A program made the translations under genes and the position numbers. Under the pieces are notes generated by a model. It was given only the letters and a program-made list of their open reading frames with translations, did no database searches and had not been told where the DNA came from. From the human T2T-CHM13v2.0 reference genome, Homo sapiens, in NCBI RefSeq assembly GCF_009914755.1, contig NC_060942.1: 64,000 nt of DNA, one strand, 5' to 3'. Positions 40,001-51,900 of this stretch are shown here, one piece after another. Every line of letters starts with the position of its first letter. The stretch's first letter is position 1.

Positions 40001-42930
40001 ACTCAACTAACAAAGTTGAACCTTTCTTTTGATAGAGCAGTTTTGAAATGGTCTTTTTGTGGAATCTGCAAGTGGATATTTGGCTAGTTTTGAGGATTTC
40101 GTTGGAAGCGGGAATTCATACAAATTGCAGACTGCAGCGTTCTGAGAAACATCTTTGTGATGTTTGTATTCAGGACACAGAGTTGAACATTCCCTATCAT
40201 AGAGCAGGTTGGAATCACTCCTTTTGTAGTATCTGGAAGTGGACATTTGGAGCGCTTTCAGGCCTATTTTGGAAAGGGAAATATCTTCCCGTAACAACTA
40301 TGCAGAAGCATTCTCAGAAACTTGTTTGTGATGTTGTGCCCTCTACTGACAGAGTTGAACCTTTCTTTTCATAGAGCAGTTTTGAAACACTCTTTTTGTA
40401 GAATCTGCAAGAGGATATTTGCATAGCTTTGAGGATTTCGTGGGAAACGGGATTGTCTTCAGGTAAAATCTAGACAGAAGCATTCTCAGAAACTTCTTTG
40501 GGATGTTTGCATTCAAGTCACAGAGTAGAACATTCCCTTTGGTAGAGCAGGTTTGAAACACTCTTTTTGTAGTATCTGGAAGTGGACATTTGGAGCGCTT
40601 TCAGGCCCATGTTGGAAAGGGAAATATCTTCCCGTAACAACTAGGCAGAAGCATTCTCAGAAACTTATTTGAGATGTGTGTACTCAACTAAGAGAATTGA
40701 ACCACCGTTTTGAAGGAGCAGTTTTGAAACACTCTTTTTCTGGAATCTGCAAGAGGATATTTGCCTAGCCTTGAGGATTTCGTTGGAAACGGGATTGTCT
40801 TCAGAGAAAATCTAGACAGAAGCATTCTCAGAAACTTCTTTGGGATGCTTGCATTCAAGTCACAGAGTAGAACATTCCCTTTGGTAGAGCAGGTTTGAAA
40901 CACTCTTTTCGTAGTATCTGGAAGTGGACATTTGGAGCGCTTTCAGGCCTACGTTGGAAAAGGAAATATCTTCCCATAACAACTAGACAGAAGCATTCTC
41001 AGAAACTAGTTTCTGATGTGTGTCCTCAACTAACACAGTTGAACATTTCTTTAGACAGAACAGTTTTGAAACACTCTTTTTGTGGAATCTGCAAGTGGCT
41101 ATTTGGCTAGATTTGAGGATTTCGTTGGAAACGGGATTACATATAAAAAGCAGTCAGCAGCATTCTCAGAAAGTTCTTTGTGATGATTGCATTCAAGTCA
41201 CAGAATTGAACATTCCCTTTCACAGAGCAGGTTTGAAACACTCTTTTTGTAGTGTGTGTAAGTGGACATTTGGAGCACTTACCGGCCTAAGGTGAAAAAG
41301 GAAATAATCTTCCCATAAAAACTAGACAGAAGCATTCTCAGAAACTTACTCGTGATGTGTGTCCTCAACTAAAGGAGTAGAACCTTTCTTTTCATAGAGA
41401 AATTTTGAAACGCTCTTTTTGTGGAATCTGCAAGTGGATATTTGGCTAGTTTTGAGGATTTCGTTGGAAGCGGGAATTCATACAAATTGCAGACTGCAGC
41501 GTTCTGAGAAACATCTTTGTGATGTTTGTATTCAGGACACAGAGTTGAACATTCCCTATCATAGAGCAGGTTTGAATCACTCCTTTTGTAGTATCTGGAA
41601 GTGGACATTTGGAGCGCTTTCAGGCCTATGTTGGAAAAGGAAATATCTTCCCATAACAACTAGACAGAAGCATTCTCAGAAACTTATTTGAGATGTGTGT
41701 ACTCAACTAAGAGAATTGAACCACCGTTTTGAAGGAGCAGTTTTGAAACTCTCTTTTTCTGGAATCTGCAAGTGGATATTTGGCTAGCTTTGGGGATTTC
41801 GCTGGAAGCGGGAATACATATAAAAAGCACACAGCAGCGTTCTGAGAAACTGCTTTCTGATGTTTGCATTCAAGTCAAAAGTTGAACACTCCCTTTCATA
41901 GAGCAGTCCTGAAACACCCCTTTTGTAGTATCTGGAACTGGACTTTTGGAGCGATTTCAGGGCTAAGGTGAAAAAGGAAATATCTTCCCATAAAAACTGG
42001 ACAGAAGCATTCTCAGAAACTTGTTTATGCTGTATCTACTCAACTAACAAAGTTGAACCTTTCTTTTGATAGAGCAGTTTTGAAATGCTCTTTTTGTGGA
42101 ATCTGCAAGTGGATATTTGGCTAGTTTTGAGGATTTCGTTGGAAGCGGGAATTCATACAAATTGCAGACTGCAGCGTTCTGAGAAACATCTTTGTGATGT
42201 TTGTATTCAGGACACAGAGTTGAACATTCCCTATCATAGAGCAGGTTGGAATCACTCCTTTTGTAGTATCTGGAAGTGGACATTTGGAGCGCTTTCAGGC
42301 CTATTTTGGAAAGGGAAATATCTTCCCGTAACAACTATGCAGAAGCATTCTCAGAAACTTGTTTGTGATGTGTGCCCTCTACTGACAGAGTTGAACCTTT
42401 CTTTTCATAGAGCAGTTTTGAAACACTCTTTTTGTAGAATCTGCAAGAGGATATTTGCATAGCTTTGAGGATTTCGTGGGAAACGGGATTGTCTTCAGGT
42501 AAAATCTAGACAGAAGCATTCTCAGAAACTTCTTTGGGATGTTTGCATTCAAGTCACAGAGTAGAACATTCCCTTTGGTAGAGCAGGTTTGAAACACTCT
42601 TTTTGTAGTATCTGGAAGTGGACATTTGGAGCGCTTTCAGGCCCATGTTGGAAAGGGAAATATCTTCCCGTAACAACTAGGCAGAAGCATTCTCAGAAAC
42701 TTATTTGAGATGTGTGTACTCAACTAAGAGAATTGAACCACCGTTTTGAAGGAGCAGTTTTGAAACACTCTTTTTCTGGAATCTGCAAGAGGATATTTGC
42801 CTAGCCTTGAGGATTTCGTTGGAAACGGGATTGTCTTCAGAGAAAATCTAGACAGAAGCATTCTCAGAAACTTCTTTGGGATGCTTGCATTCAAGTCACA
42901 GAGTAGAACATTCCCTTTGGTAGAGCAGGT
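22003..42930 (+). repeat. HOR haplotype block 2: 2036-2037 bp units, richest in variants
   Basis: +T (GATGTTGTGCC) and +A (GGAAATAATCT) insertions, mostly CAGCATT, GAGGATA and TTTTCGTAG alleles; right boundary approximate. Confidence 0.75.
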
Positions 42931-45900
42931 TTGAAACACTCTTTTTGTAGTATCTGGAAGTGGACATTTGGAGCGCTTTCAGGCCTACGTTGGAAAAGGA
43001 AATATCTTCCCATAACAACTAGACAGAAGCATTCTCAGAAACTAGTTTCTGATGTGTGTCCTCAACTAACACAGTTGAACATTTCTTTAGACAGAACAGT
43101 TTTGAAACACTCTTTTTGTGGAATCTGCAAGTGGCTATTTGGCTAGATTTGAGGATTTCGTTGGAAACGGGATTACATATAAAAAGCAGTCAGCAGCATT
43201 CTCAGAAAGTTCTTTGTGATGATTGCATTCAAGTCACAGAATTGAACATTCCCTTTCACAGAGCAGGTTTGAAACACTCTTTTTGTAGTGTGTGTAAGTG
43301 GACATTTGGAGCACTTACCGGCCTAAGGTGAAAAAGGAAATAATCTTCCCATAAAAACTAGACAGAAGCATTCTCAGAAACTTACTCGTGATGTGTGTCC
43401 TCAACTAAAGGAGTAGAACCTTTCTTTTCATAGAGAAGTTTTGAAACGCTCTTTTTGTGGAATCTGCAAGTGGATATTTGGCTAGTTTTGAGGATTTCGT
43501 TGGAAGCGGGAATTCATACAAATTGCAGACTGCAGCGTTCTGAGAAACATCTTTGTGATGTTTGTATTCAGGACACAGAGTTGAACATTCCCTATCATAG
43601 AGCAGGTTGGAATCACTCCTTTTGTAGTATCTGGAAGTGGACATTTGGAGCGCTTTCAGGCCTATGTTGGAAAAGGAAATATCTTCCCATAACAACTAGA
43701 CAGAAGCATTCTCAGAAACTTATTTGAGATGTGTGTACTCAACTAAGAGAATTGAACCACCGTTTTGAAGGAGCAGTTTTGAAACTCTCTTTTTCTGGAA
43801 TCTGCAAGTGGATATTTGGCTAGCTTTGGGGATTTCGCTGGAAGCGGGAATACATATAAAAAGCACACAGCAGCGTTCTGAGAAACTGCTTTCTGATGTT
43901 TGCATTCAAGTCAAAAGTTGAACACTCCCTTTCATAGAGCAGTCCTGAAACACCCCTTTTGTAGTATCTGGAACTGGACTTTTGGAGCGATTTCAGGGCT
44001 AAGGTGAAAAAGGAAATATCTTCCCATAAAAACTGGACAGAAGCATTCTCAGAAACTTGTTTATGCTGTATCTACTCAACTAACAAAGTTGAACCTTTCT
44101 TTTGATAGAGCAGTTTTGAAATGGTCTTTTTGTGGAATCTGCAAGTGGATATTTGGCTAGTTTTGAGGATTTCGTTGGAAGCGGGAATTCATACAAATTG
44201 CAGACTGCAGCGTTCTGAGAAACATCTTTGTGATGTTTGTATTCAGGACACAGAGTTGAACATTCCCTATCATAGAGCAGGTTGGAATCACTCCTTTTGT
44301 AGTATCTGGAAGTGGACATTTGGAGCGCTTTCAGGCCTATTTTGGAAAGGGAAATATCTTCCCGTAACAACTATGCAGAAGCATTCTCAGAAACTTGTTT
44401 GTGATGTGTGCCCTCTACTGACAGAGTTGAACCTTTCTTTTCATAGAGCAGTTTTGAAACACTCTTTTTGTAGAATCTGCAAGAGGATATTTGCATAGCT
44501 TTGAGGATTTCGTGGGAAACGGGATTGTCTTCAGGTAAAATCTAGACAGAAGCATTCTCAGAAACTTCTTTGGGATGTTTGCATTCAAGTCACAGAGTAG
44601 AACATTCCCTTTGGTAGAGCAGGTTTGAAACACTCTTTTTGTAGTATCTGGAAGTGGACATTTGGAGCGCTTTCAGGCCCATGTTGGAAAGGGAAATATC
44701 TTCCCGTAACAACTAGGCAGAAGCATTCTCAGAAACTTATTTGAGATGTGTGTACTCAACTAAGAGAATTGAACCACCGTTTTGAAGGAGCAGTTTTGAA
44801 ACACTCTTTTTCTGGAATCTGCAAGAGGATATTTGCCTAGCCTTGAGGATTTCGTTGGAAACGGGATTGTCTTCAGAGAAAATCTAGACAGAAGCATTCT
44901 CAGAAACTTCTTTGGGATGCTTGCATTCAAGTCACAGAGTAGAACATTCCCTTTGGTAGAGCAGGTTTGAAACACTCTTTTTGTAGTATCTGGAAGTGGA
45001 CATTTGGAGCGCTTTCAGGCCTACGTTGGAAAAGGAAATATCTTCCCATAACAACTAGACAGAAGCATTCTCAGAAACTAGTTTCTGATGTGTGTCCTCA
45101 ACTAACACAGTTGAACATTTCTTTAGACAGAACAGTTTTGAAACACTCTTTTTGTGGAATCTGCAAGTGGCTATTTGGCTAGATTTGAGGATTTCGTTGG
45201 AAACGGGATTACATATAAAAAGCAGTCAGCAGCATTCTCAGAAAGTTCTTTGTGATGATTGCATTCAAGTCACAGAATTGAACATTCCCTTTCACAGAGC
45301 AGGTTTGAAACACTCTTTTTGTAGTGTGTGTAAGTGGACATTTGGAGCACTTACCGGCCTAAGGTGAAAAAGGAAATAATCTTCCCATAAAAACTAGACA
45401 GAAGCATTCTCAGAAACTTACTCGTGATGTGTGTCCTCAACTAAAGGAGTAGAACCTTTCTTTTCATAGAGAAGTTTTGAAACGCTCTTTTTGTGGAATC
45501 TGCAAGTGGATATTTGGCTAGTTTTGAGGATTTCGTTGGAAGCGGGAATTCATACAAATTGCAGACTGCAGCGTTCTGAGAAACATCTTTGTGATGTTTG
45601 TATTCAGGACACAGAGTTGAACATTCCCTATCATAGAGCAGGTTGGAATCACTCCTTTTGTAGTATCTGGAAGTGGACATTTGGAGCGCTTTCAGGCCTA
45701 TGTTGGAAAAGGAAATATCTTCCCATAACAACTAGACAGAAGCATTCTCAGAAACTTATTTGAGATGTGTGTACTCAACTAAGAGAATTGAACCACCGTT
45801 TTGAAGGAGCAGTTTTGAAACTCTCTTTTTCTGGAATCTGCAAGTGGATATTTGGCTAGCTTTGGGGATTTCGCTGGAAGCGGGAATACATATAAAAAGC

Positions 45901-48900
45901 ACACAGCAGCGTTCTGAGAAACTGCTTTCTGATGTTTGCATTCAAGTCAAAAGTTGAACACTCCCTTTCATAGAGCAGTCCTGAAACACCCCTTTTGTAG
46001 TATCTGGAACTGGACTTTTGGAGCGATTTCAGGGCTAAGGTGAAAAAGGAAATATCTTCCCATAAAAACTGGACAGAAGCATTCTCAGAAACTTGTTTAT
46101 GCTGTATCTACTCAACTAACAAAGTTGAACCTTTCTTTTGATAGAGCAGTTTTGAAATGGTCTTTTTGTGGAATCTGCAAGTGGATATTTGGCTAGTTTT
46201 GAGGATTTCGTTGGAAGCGGGAATTCATACAAATTGCAGACTGCAGCGTTCTGAGAAACATCTTTGTGATGTTTGTATTCAGGACACAGAGTTGAACATT
46301 CCCTATCATAGAGCAGGTTGGAATCACTCCTTTTGTAGTATCTGGAAGTGGACATTTGGAGCGCTTTCAGGCCTATTTTGGAAAGGGAAATATCTTCCCG
46401 TAACAACTATGCAGAAGCATTCTCAGAAACTTGTTTGTGATGTGTGCCCTCTACTGACAGAGTTGAACCTTTCTTTTCATAGAGCAGTTTTGAAACACTC
46501 TTTTTGTAGAATCTGCAAGAGGATATTTGCATAGCTTTGAGGATTTCGTGGGAAACGGGATTGTCTTCAGGTAAAATCTAGACAGAAGCATTCTCAGAAA
46601 CTTCTTTGGGATGTTTGCATTCAAGTCACAGAGTAGAACATTCCCTTTGGTAGAGCAGGTTTGAAACACTCTTTTTGTAGTATCTGGAAGTGGACATTTG
46701 GAGCGCTTTCAGGCCCATGTTGGAAAGGGAAATATCTTCCCGTAACAACTAGGCAGAAGCATTCTCAGAAACTTATTTGAGATGTGTGTACTCAACTAAG
46801 AGAATTGAACCACCGTTTTGAAGGAGCAGTTTTGAAACACTCTTTTTCTGGAATCTGCAAGAGTATATTTGCCTAGCCTTGAGGATTTCGTTGGAAACGG
46901 GATTGTCTTCAGAGAAAATCTAGACAGAAGCATTCTCAGAAACTTCTTTGGGATGCTTGCATTCAAGTCACAGAGTAGAACATTCCCTTTGGTAGAGCAG
47001 GTTTGAAACACTCTTTTTGTAGTATCTGGAAGTGGACATTTGGAGCGCTTTCAGGCCTACGTTGGAAAAGGAAATATCTTCCCATAACAACTAGACAGAA
47101 GCATTCTCAGAAACTAGTTTCTGATGTGTGTCCTCAACTAACACAGTTGAACATTTCTTTAGACAGAACAGTTTTGAAACACTCTTTTTGTGGAATCTGC
47201 AAGTGGCTATTTGGCTAGATTTGAGGATTTCGTTGGAAACGGGATTACATATAAAAAGCAGTCAGCGGCATTCTCAGAAAGTTCTTTGTGATGATTGCAT
47301 TCAAGTCACAGAATTGAACATTCCCTTTCACAGAGCAGGTTTGAAACACTCTTTTTGTAGTGTGTGTAAGTGGACATTTGGAGCACTTACCGGCCTAAGG
47401 TGAAAAAGGAAATAATCTTCCCATAAAAACTAGACAGAAGCATTCTCAGAAACTTACTCGTGATGTGTGTCCTCAACTAAAGGAGTAGAACCTTTCTTTT
47501 CATAGAGAAGTTTTGAAACGCTCTTTTTGTGGAATCTGCAAGTGGATATTTGGCTAGTTTTGAGGATTTCGTTGGAAGCGGGAATTCATACAAATTGCAG
47601 ACTGCAGCGTTCTGAGAAACATCTTTGTGATGTTTGTATTCAGGACACAGAGTTGAACATTCCCTATCATAGAGCAGGTTGGAATCACTCCTTTTGTAGT
47701 ATCTGGAAGTGGACATTTGGAGCGCTTTCAGGCCTATGTTGGAAAAGGAAATATCTTCCCATAACAACTAGACAGAAGCATTCTCAGAAACTTATTTGAG
47801 ATGTGTGTACTCAACTAAGAGAATTGAACCACCGTTTTGAAGGAGCAGTTTTGAAACTCTCTTTTTCTGGAATCTGCAAGTGGATATTTGGCTAGCTTTG
47901 GGGATTTCGCTGGAAGCGGGAATACATATAAAAAGCACACAGCAGCGTTCTGAGAAACTGCTTTCTGATGTTTGCATTCAAGTCAAAAGTTGAACACTCC
48001 CTTTCATAGAGCAGTCCTGAAACACCCCTTTTGTAGTATCTGGAACTGGACTTTTGGAGCGATTTCAGGGCTAAGGTGAAAAAGGAAATATCTTCCCATA
48101 AAAACTGGACAGAAGCATTCTCAGAAACTTGTTTATGCTGTATCTACTCAACTAACAAAGTTGAACCTTTCTTTTGATAGAGCAGTTTTGAAATGGTCTT
48201 TTTGTGGAATCTGCAAGTGGATATTTGGCTAGTTTTGAGGATTTCGTTGGAAGCGGGAATTCATACAAATTGCAGACTGCAGCGTTCTGAGAAACATCTT
48301 TGTGATGTTTGTATTCAGGACACAGAGTTGAACATTCCCTATCATAGAGCAGGTTGGAATCACTCCTTTTGTAGTATCTGGAAGTGGACATTTGGAGCGC
48401 TTTCAGGCCTATTTTGGAAAGGGAAATATCTTCCCGTAACAACTATGCAGAAGCATTCTCAGAAACTTGTTTGTGATGTGTGCCCTCTACTGACAGAGTT
48501 GAACCTTTCTTTTCATAGAGCAGTTTTGAAACACTCTTTTTGTAGAATCTGCAAGAGGATATTTGCATAGCTTTGAGGATTTCGTGGGAAACGGGATTGT
48601 CTTCAGGTAAAATCTAGACAGAAGCATTCTCAGAAACTTCTTTGGGATGTTTGCATTCAAGTCACAGAGTAGAACATTCCCTTTGGTAGAGCAGGTTTGA
48701 AACACTCTTTTTGTAGTATCTGGAAGTGGACATTTGGAGCGCTTTCAGGCCCATGTTGGAAAGGGAAATATCTTCCCGTAACAACTAGGCAGAAGCATTC
48801 TCAGAAACTTATTTGAGATGTGTGTACTCAACTAAGAGAATTGAACCACCGTTTTGAAGGAGCAGTTTTGAAACACTCTTTTTCTGGAATCTGCAAGAGT

Positions 48901-51900
48901 ATATTTGCCTAGCCTTGAGGATTTCGTTGGAAACGGGATTGTCTTCAGAGAAAATCTAGACAGAAGCATTCTCAGAAACTTCTTTGGGATGCTTGCATTC
49001 AAGTCACAGAGTAGAACATTCCCTTTGGTAGAGCAGGTTTGAAACACTCTTTTTGTAGTATCTGGAAGTGGACATTTGGAGCGCTTTCAGGCCTACGTTG
49101 GAAAAGGAAATATCTTCCCATAACAACTAGACAGAAGCATTCTCAGAAACTAGTTTCTGATGTGTGTCCTCAACTAACACAGTTGAACATTTCTTTAGAC
49201 AGAACAGTTTTGAAACACTCTTTTTGTGGAATCTGCAAGTGGCTATTTGGCTAGATTTGAGGATTTCGTTGGAAACGGGATTACATATAAAAAGCAGTCA
49301 GCAGCATTCTCAGAAAGTTCTTTGTGATGATTGCATTCAAGTCACAGAATTGAACATTCCCTTTCACAGAGCAGGTTTGAAACACTCTTTTTGTAGTGTG
49401 TGTAAGTGGACATTTGGAGCACTTACCGGCCTAAGGTGAAAAAGGAAATAATCTTCCCATAAAAACTAGACAGAAGCATTCTCAGAAACTTACTCGTGAT
49501 GTGTGTCCTCAACTAAAGGAGTAGAACCTTTCTTTTCATAGAGAAGTTTTGAAACGCTCTTTTTGTGGAATCTGCAAGTGGATATTTGGCTAGTTTTGAG
49601 GATTTCGTTGGAAGCGGGAATTCATACAAATTGCAGACTGCAGCGTTCTGAGAAACATCTTTGTGATGTTTGTATTCAGGACACAGAGTTGAACATTCCC
49701 TATCATAGAGCAGGTTGGAATCACTCCTTTTGTAGTATCTGGAAGTGGACATTTGGAGCGCTTTCAGGCCTATGTTGGAAAAGGAAATATCTTCCCATAA
49801 CAACTAGACAGAAGCATTCTCAGAAACTTATTTGAGATGTGTGTACTCAACTAAGAGAATTGAACCACCGTTTTGAAGGAGCAGTTTTGAAACTCTCTTT
49901 TTCTGGAATCTGCAAGTGGATATTTGGCTAGCTTTGGGGATTTCGCTGGAAGCGGGAATACATATAAAAAGCACACAGCAGCGTTCTGAGAAACTGCTTT
50001 CTGATGTTTGCATTCAAGTCAAAAGTTGAACACTCCCTTTCATAGAGCAGTCCTGAAACACCCCTTTTGTAGTATCTGGAACTGGACTTTTGGAGCGATT
50101 TCAGGGCTAAGGTGAAAAAGGAAATATCTTCCCATAAAAACTGGACAGAAGCATTCTCAGAAACTTGTTTATGCTGTATCTACTCAACTAACAAAGTTGA
50201 ACCTTTCTTTTGATAGAGCAGTTTTGAAATGGTCTTTTTGTGGAATCTGCAAGTGGATATTTGGCTAGTTTTGAGGATTTCGTTGGAAGCGGGAATTCAT
50301 ACAAATTGCAGACTGCAGCGTTCTGAGAAACATCTTTGTGATGTTTGTATTCAGGACACAGAGTTGAACATTCCCTATCATAGAGCAGGTTGGAATCACT
50401 CCTTTTGTAGTATCTGGAAGTGGACATTTGGAGCGCTTTCAGGCCTATTTTGGAAAGGGAAATATCTTCCCGTAACAACTATGCAGAAGCATTCTCAGAA
50501 ACTTGTTTGTGATGTGTGCCCTCTACTGACAGAGTTGAACCTTTCTTTTCATAGAGCAGTTTTGAAACACTTTTTGTAGAATCTGCAAGAGGATATTTGC
50601 ATAGCTTTGAGGATTTCGTGGGAAACGGGATTGTCTTCAGGTAAAATCTAGACAGAAGCATTCTCAGAAACTTCTTTGGGATGTTTGCATTCAAGTCACA
50701 GAGTAGAACATTCCCTTTGGTAGAGCAGGTTTGAAACACTCTTTTTGTAGTATCTGGAAGTGGACATTTGGAGCGCTTTCAGGCCCATGTTGGAAAGGGA
50801 AATATCTTCCCGTAACAACTAGGCAGAAGCATTCTCAGAAACTTATTTGAGATGTGTGTACTCAACTAAGAGAATTGAACCACCGTTTTGAAGGAGCAGT
50901 TTTGAAACACTCTTTTTCTGGAATCTGCAAGAGGATATTTGCCTAGCCTTGAGGATTTCGTTGGAAACGGGATTGTCTTCAGAGAAAATCTAGACAGAAG
51001 CATTCTCAGAAACTTCTTTGGGATGCTTGCATTCAAGTCACAGAGTAGAACATTCCCTTTGGTAGAGCAGGTTTGAAACACTCTTTTTGTAGTATCTGGA
51101 AGTGGACATTTGGAGCGCTTTCAGGCCTACGTTGGAAAAGGAAATATCTTCCCATAACAACTAGACAGAAGCATTCTCAGAAACTAGTTTCTGATGTGTG
51201 TCCTCAACTAACACAGTTGAACATTTCTTTAGACAGAACAGTTTTGAAACACTCTTTTTGTGGAATCTGCAAGTGGCTATTTGGCTAGATTTGAGGATTT
51301 CGTTGGAAACGGGATTACATATAAAAAGCAGTCAGCAGCATTCTCAGAAAGTTCTTTGTGATGATTGCATTCAAGTCACAGAATTGAACATTCCCTTTCA
51401 CAGAGCAGGTTTGAAACACTCTTTTTGTAGTGTGTGTAAGTGGACATTTGGAGCACTTACCGGCCTAAGGTGAAAAAGGAAATAATCTTCCCATAAAAAC
51501 TAGACAGAAGCATTCTCAGAAACTTACTCGTGATGTGTGTCCTCAACTAAAGGAGTAGAACCTTTCTTTTCATAGAGAAGTTTTGAAACGCTCTTTTTGT
51601 GGAATCTGCAAGTGGATATTTGGCTAGTTTTGAGGATTTCGTTGGAAGCGGGAATTCATACAAATTGCAGACTGCAGCGTTCTGAGAAACATCTTTGTGA
51701 TGTTTGTATTCAGGACACAGAGTTGAACATTCCCTATCATAGAGCAGGTTGGAATCACTCCTTTTGTAGTATCTGGAAGTGGACATTTGGAGCGCTTTCA
51801 GGCCTATGTTGGAAAAGGAAATATCTTCCCATAACAACTAGACAGAAGCATTCTCAGAAACTTATTTGAGATGTGTGTACTCAACTAAGAGAATTGAACC

